Program-made: the position numbers and the translations under genes
Notes under the pieces: model-generated
Told to the model about the DNA's origin: nothing
Seen by the model: only the letters and a program-made list of their open reading frames with translations
Database searches by the model: none
In this document: in pieces, positions 1 to 9,565 of the stretch
How positions within the stretch are numbered: position 1 is the first letter of the stretch
Layout of the letters: every line of letters starts with the position of its first letter
IMG/VR virus record: IMGVR_UViG_2718218100_000015
Strand: one strand, 5' to 3'
Length of the DNA stretch: 25,384 nt
From: a virus
Taxonomy: Duplodnaviria > Heunggongvirae > Uroviricota > Caudoviricetes

Positions 1-675
1 ATGTCTGCACCTGCATTGCCTGATGTCAGAACAGTATTTTGATTAATTGCCAGGGTTACAATGGCACAAATGCGGCACAGGAGGAAACGTGGTGTATTTA
101 AATATGGGGTAACTACTTGATTTAAATGGTGCGATAATAGGAACCAATAATCGCCACCAACACAATGATTTTAATACATAAATTAAAATAGAAGATTTAA
201 ACTACACACACCCCTATACACATTGGTGAAGGCGTTCGCTTTCCGCGCATTCTCAAGGCAGAAAAAACTTTTTTTGGGGGAAAACTGTTCATACTACTCA
301 TTGTGTTTTTTTTCATTAATATTCAAAAAGATATGAAATTAACGATTGATAAGAAGTGAACACTTTACTGTTCACCTTGACTGATTAATAAGTGCATAAA
401 AACCTAATTTTTGAGCACGGAAGGTATTTGTTCCTTACCCCATTTTTTCTCTTTAGTCCAGTACAACAAAAAATGCGCCCAACAGAAAACTGTTTTGAAT
501 TTAAATGCAATCGCTTTGTAGTGATTGTAACGTAAGTTGATTTGATGGGTGCGATTTTGTTTAGCGATAATGGTATGTTGTAAAAATCATTTCGTTGCAA
601 TAAAATTGCATCGCTACATTTTATAGACAATATCAATTAAATTTTAATACTCATTATTAATTTTGAGGCTAACAA

Positions 676-1632
676 GTGACTAGTTATTCAAACTTTTCCA
701 ATCAAATAAAAGAAACCATCAATAATAAATTCGATCATGAAATTCATGATTGGGACATTATAAAAAACTCAATCACAACTTTAACAAATAAAAATATCCA
801 TGGTGCAGGTAGAAATATCGTTGATTTTATAGATTTAGGTAACTGGGATTTTATTTCAAACTTTTCCTTTGATGACTCTACAAGAAGACTTGAATTAGAG
901 TGGCACCCCAATGATAAATTCCATATATATATTGAGTCCGTTGTGTTTGTCGAGTTTAATGACACTATATATGCTTTCTTAAAGGGATACTATCACAATC
1001 AGTTATCTCTAAATAGAATATATAATACAAAATGCTCTTCATGTTCATTTGAAAACTCAGGTTCTTATATGGTAGACGTTTATAGAACGGTTAAAAGAGT
1101 AAATGAGACAATCCAGACCCCAAATATAAATTGCTATACTACATGTATTTTAACAAGGCCCGCAAATGGTCATGTTACATCTACAGGCTTCTCACGAAAC
1201 CTCATGGATGCGATAAATATTTCATTAGCAGAGCACAAAATAGCCTCTTTACATAATGAAGTCATGAGTATTGAGGAATATGATCGTGATTCTTTACAAG
1301 AGAAAGGAAATACTGCCAGGAGATATTTAGAATATATTCTCATGCTTGTTAATATTCGTATAATGCATTTAAACAACGTTCAATACCAAGAGCAAATGCT
1401 AGGTAGTTTAGTTTCTGTTATTGAGGCTCTGGACTATGAACCATTAATGAAAAATGATGTTGAAATTACAAAGGACATCCTTAATGCTTGCAGCCACCAC
1501 GGGGGGGTTAGAATTGAAAAGAAAGATGTAATTTTTTCTTTGGAAGTTATTGAAAACTTAATTAAAGCCATAAAGAAAACCGACATAAATAAATTACAAC
1601 TCGATGGGATGTTTAAATCAATTCAAAAATAA
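676..1632 (+). CDS. hypothetical protein, AT-rich accessory gene (318 aa), function unknown
   Basis: Long ORF with GTG start at 676 and GAGG 8 nt upstream; about 30% GC versus about 50% for the neighbouring primase; convergent with primase. Contains an Rx4H-like string (TRPANGH), which is weak evidence only. Confidence 0.5.
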   Translation: MTSYSNFSNQIKETINNKFDHEIHDWDIIKNSITTLTNKNIHGAGRNIVDFIDLGNWDFISNFSFDDSTRRLELEWHPNDKFHIYIESVVFVEFNDTIYAFLKGYYHNQLSLNRIYNTKCSSCSFENSGSYMVDVYRTVKRVNETIQTPNINCYTTCILTRPANGHVTSTGFSRNLMDAINISLAEHKIASLHNEVMSIEEYDRDSLQEKGNTARRYLEYILMLVNIRIMHLNNVQYQEQMLGSLVSVIEALDYEPLMKNDVEITKDILNACSHHGGVRIEKKDVIFSLEVIENLIKAIKKTDINKLQLDGMFKSIQK

Positions 1633-1764
1633 ACATCATCTAACAATGAATTAGATGCATTTTCCGCTGACGCCTTAGCATATAACTTTTAAATTTTATC
1701 GATATATATTTTGAGATAATTTCCTGTAGCGGATTTAAGACCGGCACAGCCGGTCTTAGGTCAG

Positions 1765-4098
1765 TTATTTCGCTGCAAACTCATCGCATTTTGGCAACCA
1801 GTCAGCATTGCTTTCCTCTCTTAGGGCCAGATTAGTCTGCATTCCTTGATTGGTCCGTCGTTTCTCATACTGCAGCCCATATTCCTTGAGCATTAACGGT
1901 AGCCCCTTGCCAAACATGGTCAGACTGAGCGTATTTTTATAGCCGTTAGCCTCCATGTAGACCAGATAGGCATGGTAGAGGTAAGTTCGAGGCTGACGTG
2001 GAACAATATTAGCGTTCCCCATAAACATGCCCGTGGTGTCAGGTAGGACCTCAAGGTAGCCGCAAAAATCAAAAGCTGAATCAGCATCACGTTTGATGGT
2101 GAGCGCTTCATCGGAGTTCTGCTGTGACTGAAGCAATGTCCTGGCACTCATTGGGTCGCTGAAACGCTGCATAAGCTGGCGAACAATCACCGCTAGCTCA
2201 CTGGCAATTTTCTCTTTGAGCTGGGTATCGCGTTCCTCCGGGGCTATCTGGTCGGGGAAATGCAGGATCACCCTTCGGCGTGAAACTCCACCACTACGAT
2301 CAGTGAAGCGCATCGGATTATTGTTCACAGCCAGGATGACCGCCGGGATGTGGGTTGAATAGGCGTTCTGATATTTGGGATCAACGGATACCGCATCGCC
2401 GCCAGTGATGGCTTTTAGTCCGGCCCCGTCACCGCTCCACTTTTCCTGGTCGGGAAGTCGAATCAGTGAAAAACCTATTAACGCAGCTCGTTCTCTTGGC
2501 GACTCAAGCATTTCAATGGTTGCCGAGGTCGCGTTATCTTCACCCGCCAGCATGGTTGCTATTTCAGCAAGAATACTCTTTCCACTTCCGCCAGGGCCAG
2601 TGACCTCCAGAAACAGCTGCCAGTCATAACGGTTAGCCAGCACCATAAACAATGCAGCCAGAATAATGTCCCGTTTTTCAGGATTAAAACCTGCGGCACG
2701 ATCCAGCCAGCGCCAGAATGCCGGGGCATGGGTTTCCAGTGACTCACCGTCAACGGGCTGCGTGTAATCCACCTCGCACAGCGTACGTAACCAGTGCTTC
2801 TTATCGTGCGGGCTGAACAATCCTGTCCGGGTATCGAGCACACCGTTGCGAAATCCGATAAGTTGCCGCGCCGGATTCTGCTGTTGCGGAACGATCAGTT
2901 TGAGGGTTTCCACGAGAGACGCAATTTTCGCGGATGAAAAAGGTGCGTCGAGGCGCTGAAACAGCGCAGCGACATCACGGGCAAAATCGGCGTAATAGAT
3001 AACTTTCCAGGCCCCCGCCTCATAGCGTGAAAGGAGCTGCCCGTTCGGGTCTACTGCCAGTGAATTTTTATAGTGATCCACTACCCTCTGCGCTTTTTCG
3101 CTGACGCTCAGCGCGGTAAATTCAGCTTCGCTCATTGTGTCGAAGGGGCTGGCAACAGCTGGTTTTATTACTTCATGAATTGCATGCCGGGTGGCTTCTT
3201 CGCCGTTTTGCGTGAATGCATCGTTCCAGTCACCAAACACAGGCGGGAGCGCCATTGTGCAATTGCAGGCCCCGGTAACAGCTGCGCCCCTTGTTTGCCC
3301 CGCACCGTTGAGATCGCGGTCAGCAGCAATAATTATCTGGTGCGTTGGGTACTCACTGCAGGCAATGCTCGCCAGGGAAAGGAAATTGACGGACGAAAAG
3401 GCCACCATGACAGCATCGCCAGTCAGATAGTTGATAGTAAGTGCGGTGGCATATCCTTCCGCTATCCAGAGCCGTTTGGCTGCTTTGGCAGTACCTTCAA
3501 CCAGGTAAAAGGCATTCTTAACCTGACCGCCTTTAAGGAAGCATTTGCCCCCATTAGCGTTGATTAACTGCAGATTTACCAGCTCTCCATCTGCATACAA
3601 TGGAACGACAAGATCTCCCGCGCGAAATGCCACACCACCGACTTTATGCATAGCGGTTAATTCCCGGCAAGGCAGTGCAGGAAACCCTTTACTCGTCAGA
3701 TAGGCATTGCCAGTGGTCTGGCGGGACTTATCAAACAAACGGGCAGCCAGCACTGCTGCAGCTTTTCTCCCGTCCTCTTTTTCAGGAGAACCAGATTCAA
3801 GCATTCCCTGAGATACTGGCAGCAGGTTTCCGATAATGCCGTTTATTCTGTCTGCCGCTTCACTAATGCCTACATCCAGTACTTTACTTACAAGCGCCAG
3901 GCCATCACCTGCCCCGCACTGGTTACAGAACCACGTTCCCCGCCCTTCCTGGTCATCAAATCGAAAGCGGTCTTTCCCGGCACAGACCGGGCAGGGCTGG
4001 TGCCGATTTTTCAGTACATTTACGCCCAGCGCAGGTAAAATTCTTGACCAGTGACCCCGAGCTGCTTTCTCAGCCTGGCTAACTTTCATTCCTGACAT
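1765..4098 (-). CDS. P4 alpha-like DNA primase/helicase (777 aa)
   Basis: N-terminal zinc-finger CPVCAGKDRFRFDD and CNQCG, Walker A VTGPGGSGKS in the C-terminal helicase part; ATG at 4096-4098 preceded by AAGGAGG (rc of 4107-4113); length equals P4 alpha. Confidence 0.9.
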   Translation of the reverse strand: MSGMKVSQAEKAARGHWSRILPALGVNVLKNRHQPCPVCAGKDRFRFDDQEGRGTWFCNQCGAGDGLALVSKVLDVGISEAADRINGIIGNLLPVSQGMLESGSPEKEDGRKAAAVLAARLFDKSRQTTGNAYLTSKGFPALPCRELTAMHKVGGVAFRAGDLVVPLYADGELVNLQLINANGGKCFLKGGQVKNAFYLVEGTAKAAKRLWIAEGYATALTINYLTGDAVMVAFSSVNFLSLASIACSEYPTHQIIIAADRDLNGAGQTRGAAVTGACNCTMALPPVFGDWNDAFTQNGEEATRHAIHEVIKPAVASPFDTMSEAEFTALSVSEKAQRVVDHYKNSLAVDPNGQLLSRYEAGAWKVIYYADFARDVAALFQRLDAPFSSAKIASLVETLKLIVPQQQNPARQLIGFRNGVLDTRTGLFSPHDKKHWLRTLCEVDYTQPVDGESLETHAPAFWRWLDRAAGFNPEKRDIILAALFMVLANRYDWQLFLEVTGPGGSGKSILAEIATMLAGEDNATSATIEMLESPRERAALIGFSLIRLPDQEKWSGDGAGLKAITGGDAVSVDPKYQNAYSTHIPAVILAVNNNPMRFTDRSGGVSRRRVILHFPDQIAPEERDTQLKEKIASELAVIVRQLMQRFSDPMSARTLLQSQQNSDEALTIKRDADSAFDFCGYLEVLPDTTGMFMGNANIVPRQPRTYLYHAYLVYMEANGYKNTLSLTMFGKGLPLMLKEYGLQYEKRRTNQGMQTNLALREESNADWLPKCDEFAAK

Positions 4099-4111
4099 TG
4101 TGCGGCCCTCC

Positions 4112-4435
4112 TTAGTGCAGCGCTGGTTTGTTGAGGTGACGGGAACAAAGTTCATCCATGACCGTCATTCCGAGCAGTGAGAGAACCGGACAGGCTTTAA
4201 GCGGCCCCGACTCCATCAGATCCGAAAGCAACGCGCAGGCAATTTCCAGCCCTCTTTGCTGCCCATGCTGGCGCAGATAGAACCCTTCCAGCTCGCGGGC
4301 TATGGCATCTTCAAGTTCAGCGAGCGTCAGGCCGGAATAACGTTCCTGATGATTGCTTAGAGCCAGCCAGGCACAGGCAACGGCACGGCGATACAGAGCG
4401 GCACGAAGTGCCAGAAGAGATTCACAGCATATCAT
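4112..4435 (-). CDS. hypothetical protein (107 aa) in P4-like early operon
   Basis: ORF whose stop overlaps the primase RBS; chained by overlaps to the upstream ORFs, which suggests translational coupling. No recognisable motif. Confidence 0.45.
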   Translation of the reverse strand: MICCESLLALRAALYRRAVACAWLALSNHQERYSGLTLAELEDAIARELEGFYLRQHGQQRGLEIACALLSDLMESGPLKACPVLSLLGMTVMDELCSRHLNKPALH

Positions 4436-4656
4436 CAGGCCACCTCCGCATTCATCAGGTCGTCATGGCAGCGTTGCACCACTCCATCCAGTTGCTCTGT
4501 CATCAGATAAATGAGGGAAACCAGTTGTTCGCATTGGGCACCTGCTGGCTTTTCATAACAGTCCTGCAGGGCTGCCATGCCAGTTACATACTCACCCACA
4601 TTGCGTAAATGTTTCAGCCTTACAACATCGTCGTAGGAAATCTCAAACTGGTTCAT
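4435..4656 (-). CDS. hypothetical protein (73 aa)
   Basis: ORF overlapping the downstream ORF by 1 nt and the upstream ORF by 4 nt; no recognisable motif. Confidence 0.4.
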   Translation of the reverse strand: MNQFEISYDDVVRLKHLRNVGEYVTGMAALQDCYEKPAGAQCEQLVSLIYLMTEQLDGVVQRCHDDLMNAEVA

Positions 4657-5210
4657 AGCGTCACCTCCCCGGCAGGCAGCCGTGCAGAAAGGGAGAGTAC
4701 ATAATCTCGGACTAGCAAACGGCGCGCGGAACGCTCATCGCAGGAGACAGTGCGAAGCATACAGATGCGGGGGTGAGTGTCAGCACGGCGGATTGCGGCA
4801 AACACAAAGACATATTGCGGGTGTGACGGGGTGAGGATTGTAGCCATGATGGCAGCCTCCAATAAGTAGCGGTTATTGCTACCACCGGAAACGCCAATTT
4901 CACTGGTGGCAGCCCGAACGGGGTTGGCGTAACCGGCCTTATTGGAAACCGGCCAGCCCGAAGGCTGCCCCGCCCGGACTACCATTATCTCGATAGAACC
5001 ATGGTGTAAGCATAAACACCACAGCCCTGAAAATGGTTGTGCCTGAGCTACGACGTAAAAAAAGACGCAAGGGGCGTCAATTGTCGCCAATAAGTTATAC
5101 GGAACGCCAATTCCGGCTGCCGATTTTGCGACAGCGGAAAAACTATACCTGGAAATGACGACAGTAAGCAAGCCAGAATAAAGGTATTTAATGTATGCAG
5201 GTATCATCAT
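4653..5210 (-). CDS. doubtful ORF (185 aa); may be partly non-coding P4-type immunity/leader region
   Basis: Start overlaps the alpA stop (ATGA), but composition is atypical (Cys/Trp-rich, low complexity) and the 5' part (about 4860-5200) looks like structured or intergenic sequence. Confidence 0.25.
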   Translation of the reverse strand: MMIPAYIKYLYSGLLTVVISRYSFSAVAKSAAGIGVPYNLLATIDAPCVFFYVVAQAQPFSGLWCLCLHHGSIEIMVVRAGQPSGWPVSNKAGYANPVRAATSEIGVSGGSNNRYLLEAAIMATILTPSHPQYVFVFAAIRRADTHPRICMLRTVSCDERSARRLLVRDYVLSLSARLPAGEVTL

Positions 5211-5467
5211 GCATCACATCCCCGCCCACGGGCGCTGATGCGGTCCGCCATCCATGCGCTGACCTCAGACTGTGCCCAGGCGACATTTTTACCGCCAAGC
5301 GGGATCTGCTTCGGAAACGCATCGCGGCTGATCAGGTCGTAAACGGTCGAACGGGACAACCCGCATAAGTGCATCACCTCAGGCAGGCGTAAAAATCGCT
5401 CATGATGGTTCGATACAGGAAATAATGGCGCAGCAGGAGCTGGCGCAGACACAGAAATATTACGCAT
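5207..5467 (-). CDS. AlpA/Vis-family prophage transcriptional regulator (86 aa)
   Basis: [32 protein letters not shown]...[14 protein letters not shown] matches the AlpA-type HTH pattern; sits at the head of the leftward operon ending in primase. Confidence 0.8.
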   Translation of the reverse strand: MRNISVSAPAPAAPLFPVSNHHERFLRLPEVMHLCGLSRSTVYDLISRDAFPKQIPLGGKNVAWAQSEVSAWMADRISARGRGCDA

Positions 5468-6302
5468 TTATCTACCCTCTTTAATTTCCACAACAGTCCG
5501 GATGAATTTATCCGGGTTCAGGTAGTTCCTTATTATGTGTATATAAACCACCTGCGCACGCATTTTTTATTTAGCGTCACATATTGATTTTATGGAATTT
5601 AAAGCCCGATTAAACCATATAAAATGACATAATAAATACCATGCCTGCGGACTATAAATACAGGAGCATTAATAGGAACTACCATTCACCCAGGGTTTAC
5701 TATCCTATGGGTCATTGCACCTGATAGTGCTAACCCCACCGCCAATACAGCAAGGCAGTACAACTTCTACACGAGGCCTTGCATTGCAGGCCCCAATTTC
5801 CGGGCATATTTTTGAATCGCATCCAACTTATAAACATTGGGCCTGCATAAAAACCTTGATATTAAATAACATCACCTTAAATCGTAAAATATATCCGAAT
5901 GAATCCATAAAGAACCGGACAGATCTAGTTTTATAAAAATCAGTATGAAATGCAACACCATGGCCAGAGGCGAAAATGTTATTCCCCGGCAAAAACATGC
6001 AGTCTATTTATGTGCCTGTTGAATACTCCTGAATAAGGGTGAATAGTGGTGAGGAGCAAAAAACAAATAGCTACGAGGAATAAAAAAACCACCCATTATG
6101 AAAAAATACCATAAATAATTTTATTCCCATGTGAACAGTTATGAACAGTCGATGAATACTGCCATGCCAACCCTTCACCTTATAACCTTCTGTATTACCT
6201 ATTTTTTTTACCTAAGTGAATAGTTAAGGTAAGTCTGAAACAGCCTTAGTTAAACGAGGCCTTTTCTGGCTAGCCAAAAGAGGTCCGGGGCGGTTCAGTC
6301 TT

Positions 6303-6320
6303 TGTCTTGTCGCTCGCACA
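6303..6320 (+). promoter_or_regulatory. TGT-N12-ACA dyad, candidate Ogr/Delta-dependent late promoter element upstream of sid
   Basis: tgt cttgtcgctcgc aca at 6303-6320, centred about 80 nt upstream of the sid ATG at 6391; P2/P4 late promoters carry this dyad near -55. Confidence 0.45.
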
Positions 6321-6390
6321 ATGGCGTTCAATGGCAGCTTTGTATGCATCACAGCACAATTGACACCACGACAAACCACTAGGTGCTGAC

Positions 6391-7143
6391 ATGACAATCC
6401 CAGAACAGAACAATAACCCGATCGTTGAAATTTCTATCCCTGTTTCGACGCAACAGGCGCTTGAGAAAGTGAATGCCACCAAATCTGCATGGCTTGAAGC
6501 ACGTCGTCAGCAAAAAGCGGCAGCGGATAATATTGCGACAATCCGCCAGCGCCGCGCTGAAATGGAAGCCACGACGAACGCCCTGAATGAGGAGTGGCGC
6601 ACGCTATTTCGTGAAAGTCAGGGCGTAGTCTCAAAGGAAATGAAAAAACTGCGCACGGAAATTGCGCTGGGACGAGAAACGCTTGAGGATTTTGATGAGC
6701 TGCTGGCGGCTCAGGAAAGCGAAAATGCACTTTTGCCGCAGGAGGCTGCGGAATTAGCCGGAAAGTATATCCACGCGCACGACACCCTTGTGGGTATTCG
6801 CGCAAAACAAATCTGGGAAGATTTTATGCAGTCGCATGGAAAAGCACTAATCCAGACACTAAGCCTGCTCAAATCAACAATGGGCAGGGAAGCCAGCGCA
6901 GTTGTCGGTGTGGTGCATTCAGTTAATGACCCGGACACACTGCTGAAAGATTTTATTCATAAACATATCACCAGACCGGCTCTGACTAACGATGCGATGC
7001 CCGAACAGGACCCCGTGTTTAAACTGGCGGGAGTTGCCCCGGATTATGCGGCCCGTCTGGATTTCAGTAATAAACTCTCTCCAGCAGCTATGCATAAAAT
7101 GAAGGTTCGTCAGGAACGTGCTGAGAAGGAGAAAGCAGTATGA
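6391..7143 (+). CDS. sid: Sid-like capsid size determination (external scaffold) protein (250 aa)
   Basis: Charged/helical 250-aa protein first in an operon followed by Psu-like and Ogr/Delta genes; size and context match P4 Sid. Assignment is by context, not motif. Confidence 0.55.
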   Translation: MTIPEQNNNPIVEISIPVSTQQALEKVNATKSAWLEARRQQKAAADNIATIRQRRAEMEATTNALNEEWRTLFRESQGVVSKEMKKLRTEIALGRETLEDFDELLAAQESENALLPQEAAELAGKYIHAHDTLVGIRAKQIWEDFMQSHGKALIQTLSLLKSTMGREASAVVGVVHSVNDPDTLLKDFIHKHITRPALTNDAMPEQDPVFKLAGVAPDYAARLDFSNKLSPAAMHKMKVRQERAEKEKAV

Positions 7144-7691
7144 TGGCCCGAGTCACTCCAGACCAAGCGCTTATCAGTTTTAGAAATGCCCGTATTCTGT
7201 GGGCTGGACATAGTGAGAGCCGAAAAGCCGTTGAACAACAGATAGAATCACTCCTCACTGCCATGGAAAAACCAGCAGATTATGCTCGACAGCTCGAATT
7301 ACAGCGGGAACATCTGGATGTGCTGAAATGGCAAATTAACTGTGCTGCGCGCGAATGCATTTACTCGCAGCATCAACTGATGGAGGCCTGCACAGAAGAC
7401 GCTCTCAGCAATTTTATGCAGGCGAATGGAGCAGCCCTGACATCTGCACTGGCTCCGTTCCTGAAGGGGCGCGGAGGGGTTGACGTTGCGTCCCGTATAT
7501 TACGCAATGCTCTGGTTCGCCAGCTGGCAATAACACCGCCTGAAATTGCCGGGGATTATCGTATGATTCTGGATGAATCCGGTGTGATGCCTGACCCCAT
7601 GATGGTTCGTGATTGCCAGAGCTCTTACACCCCTGCACAACAACTGCGCTTTCAGCAACGTCTGGATTACATTAACGGCATGCAGGAGTAA
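7140..7691 (+). CDS. psu: Psu-like polarity suppression / capsid decoration protein (183 aa)
   Basis: ATGA overlap with sid; recalled similarity to P4 Psu (KWQINCAAREC, QANGAALTSALAP, YTPAQQ) and size close to 190 aa. Confidence 0.65.
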   Translation: MMARVTPDQALISFRNARILWAGHSESRKAVEQQIESLLTAMEKPADYARQLELQREHLDVLKWQINCAARECIYSQHQLMEACTEDALSNFMQANGAALTSALAPFLKGRGGVDVASRILRNALVRQLAITPPEIAGDYRMILDESGVMPDPMMVRDCQSSYTPAQQLRFQQRLDYINGMQE

Positions 7692-7696
7692 TATTA

Positions 7697-7969
7697 ATGG
7701 CACTTAAATGTCCCGAATGCGGTACGACGGCACACGCCAGAACCTCCGCCTATGAAGCACCATCGGTTAAACGCTCATGGTATCAGTGCCAGAATCTTGA
7801 ATGTTCCTACACATTTACCGCACTGGAAAGTGTGGATACGATAATCATGAAGCCCCGGCGCAATGAACAGGAATCAGAGAAAGCACAAATGCCGGAAAAA
7901 CAACAGCAAACTCTCAATCGCTATGGCTCCGCGTCAAAGCTGTCAAGCCGTCAGCAAATTCCTGTCTGA
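7697..7969 (+). CDS. Ogr/Delta-family zinc-finger late transcription activator (90 aa)
   Basis: CPECGTTAHARTS...YQCQNLECSYTF is the Ogr/Delta C4 zinc-finger signature; GGAG RBS at 7685-7688. Confidence 0.85.
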   Translation: MALKCPECGTTAHARTSAYEAPSVKRSWYQCQNLECSYTFTALESVDTIIMKPRRNEQESEKAQMPEKQQQTLNRYGSASKLSSRQQIPV

Positions 7970-7990
7970 TTAGCAAAAAAAGCCCACGTA

Positions 7991-8017
7991 ATCCCGGTCC
8001 AGTACTGGGATTTTTTA
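7991..8017 (+). terminator. intrinsic terminator after the late operon
   Basis: Hairpin atcccggt-ccagt-actgggat (8-bp stem with one GU pair) followed by TTTTTT at 8011-8016, 22 nt after the delta stop. Confidence 0.55.
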
Positions 8018-8378
8018 CGCCTTTTCCCTGGCTGGCCTGAGAGCGCATGAGTGCATGTCTATAGCGCATGAAAACGCATGATTCTCATGCACCATTTTTG
8101 ACGCGAAAGCCCTTGTGTGGTGGCTTCTGAGACGATTTGCGGAATGCATGAAAACCAGTCTGTTAAGCGAAGCGAGCAGGCGTGGGGGGCTGCGCGCGCT
8201 AAGGGGTTAGATTATAAAATATCAAACGCCGGTGAGATCCATTATTGTGGAACCACCCGAAGGAAGTGTAGAGGCGAAAGTACCCAAAATAATTTTGCAA
8301 ATTATTTAGAAATGAACTGAGCGCTCGAAACGAAATATAATTTCGAGCACCCCAATTAGCAGTTATATTTTTAATGTA

Positions 8379-8945
8379 TTAAACAGGATAAAAACCAGAG
8401 CTTCCATTCTTATTTAAGTTATGGATTTTATTTGCATCATTAATTTTTATTTGGAACGTCGGACCTTTATTCTCAAGAATTACAATCTGGAAATTATAGT
8501 CCCTTTTGATTAATGCGTGATAAAATGAATCACTGAGACTGACGCTATTAACATCCGATAGAGAACCCCCTCTATCTTTATCAAAGTGCGTCACTAATGG
8601 ACTATCAAGCACAACAAATCCAATGAATGGATTCCCTTTTCTTGATAAAAATTCCGCAAAGCAAATGGTAAATATAGCATGCATTACTGCACGGGTACCT
8701 TTACCAAACATTCCTCGGCGTTTCCCATTGATATTAAAGTCATATGTATCTTCGTCAAATCGCACTTTGTTATCTTTAGAATTTTCAAAATTTATATCAT
8801 TCAAAAAGTCTTGCATCGCTATTTCTATATCATACAAATCAGCTACTGTTAAGGAGTCAAAGTCCTCGGCGGAGTATTTAAGTTCGTCAACATCATCTTC
8901 TTTATCTTGTAATGAAGATAGAATGCTATGTTTTGTGTGATCCAT
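8379..8945 (-). CDS. C-terminal ATPase part of a split SMC/ABC-type ATPase (signature-like FGKGTR, Walker-B-like FVVLDSP), 188 aa
   Basis: ATG at 8943-8945 overlaps the upstream stop (TAATG); FGKGTRAVMHAIF...FIGFVVLDSPLVTHFD resembles ABC signature plus Walker B/D-loop; last gene of the AT-rich cargo operon. Confidence 0.5.
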   Translation of the reverse strand: MDHTKHSILSSLQDKEDDVDELKYSAEDFDSLTVADLYDIEIAMQDFLNDINFENSKDNKVRFDEDTYDFNINGKRRGMFGKGTRAVMHAIFTICFAEFLSRKGNPFIGFVVLDSPLVTHFDKDRGGSLSDVNSVSLSDSFYHALIKRDYNFQIVILENKGPTFQIKINDANKIHNLNKNGSSGFYPV

Positions 8946-9535
8946 TAAAAGATTGTCTTTATATTCATAAAGTGATTCAAGAGATGAATGTATTGTTTTA
9001 TATTTTTATCTTCTAACGTCTTAAAATCACTTTTTTCTGATTGATAAATTTCATTAACATCATTTTTTCTTAACATAATTAATTCATGTTCGCGAACATT
9101 AGATCCGATTGATTCAATTAATCCTTTCAGCTGGCTTTTGATTTTCAATTTTTCTGCATTACACGACAAAAAACAATCATCATATGATATTTCATTTTCT
9201 TTTTTTTGCGGTGTATTACAGAACTCACAATAAATATCTGCAAAATTATTTAAATAGAAATTCGCCTGTGATACAACATCTATTCTTTGTAGATCTATAA
9301 AGTATTGGTCTTTAAGAAGACTAAATCTTTCAATGAGTAATGATAAGTATTTTTCCCTGTCACTGATTGAATATAATTCATCACTTAACTCTTTTAATAA
9401 TTGCTTCTTATCATCAAGTGCATCAACAATACCTTTCAATATATCTTTCGATGATTCAATATCTTGCTCTACTTTCTCAAGTTCTCTTGAAACAATGACT
9501 TGATCATATTCAGGATAAATTAATTGCGCTTTCAA
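8945..9535 (-). CDS. coiled-coil middle segment of the same ATPase (196 aa); no ATG, follows an in-frame TAA
   Basis: In the same frame as ORF 9566-10225, separated only by TAA at 9566-9568 and 10 sense codons; heptad-like charged sequence with CEFC...CFLSC Cys pairs. The ORF-track 'start' is TTG. Confidence 0.45.
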   Translation of the reverse strand: MKAQLIYPEYDQVIVSRELEKVEQDIESSKDILKGIVDALDDKKQLLKELSDELYSISDREKYLSLLIERFSLLKDQYFIDLQRIDVVSQANFYLNNFADIYCEFCNTPQKKENEISYDDCFLSCNAEKLKIKSQLKGLIESIGSNVREHELIMLRKNDVNEIYQSEKSDFKTLEDKNIKQYIHLLNHFMNIKTIF

Positions 9536-9565
9536 TTCCTCATAAATATTTGCAATTTGATTTTT

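Noticed and set aside
356-375. Perfect 7-bp inverted repeat gtgaaca-N6-tgttcac upstream of the 318-aa gene
   Set aside because: Could be an operator, but it is a single short palindrome in AT-rich DNA about 300 bp from the start codon; not enough evidence to call a site.
385-1376. Minus-strand ORFs 385-636, 744-965 and 1170-1376
   Set aside because: The first lies in AT-rich intergenic sequence; the others are antisense to the 318-aa gene. AT-rich DNA yields open frames by chance.
1920-4054. Several 60-165 aa ORFs on the plus strand or in alternate minus-strand frames inside the primase gene
   Set aside because: Fully embedded in the well-supported 777-aa primase ORF; typical shadow ORFs of a GC-balanced gene.
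6434-7703. Minus-strand ORFs overlapping sid and psu
   Set aside because: Antisense to a compact, translationally coupled sid-psu-delta operon; no independent support.
8117-8320. 67-aa plus-strand ORF between the delta terminator and the cargo operon
   Set aside because: Lies in repeat-rich, probably regulatory or packaging sequence; no RBS; unlikely to be coding.
8323-8348. Hairpin gctcgaaa-N10-tttcgagc just downstream of the cargo operon stop
   Set aside because: A perfect 8-bp stem but no U-tract on either strand; may be a weak or factor-dependent terminator, so not listed as a feature.
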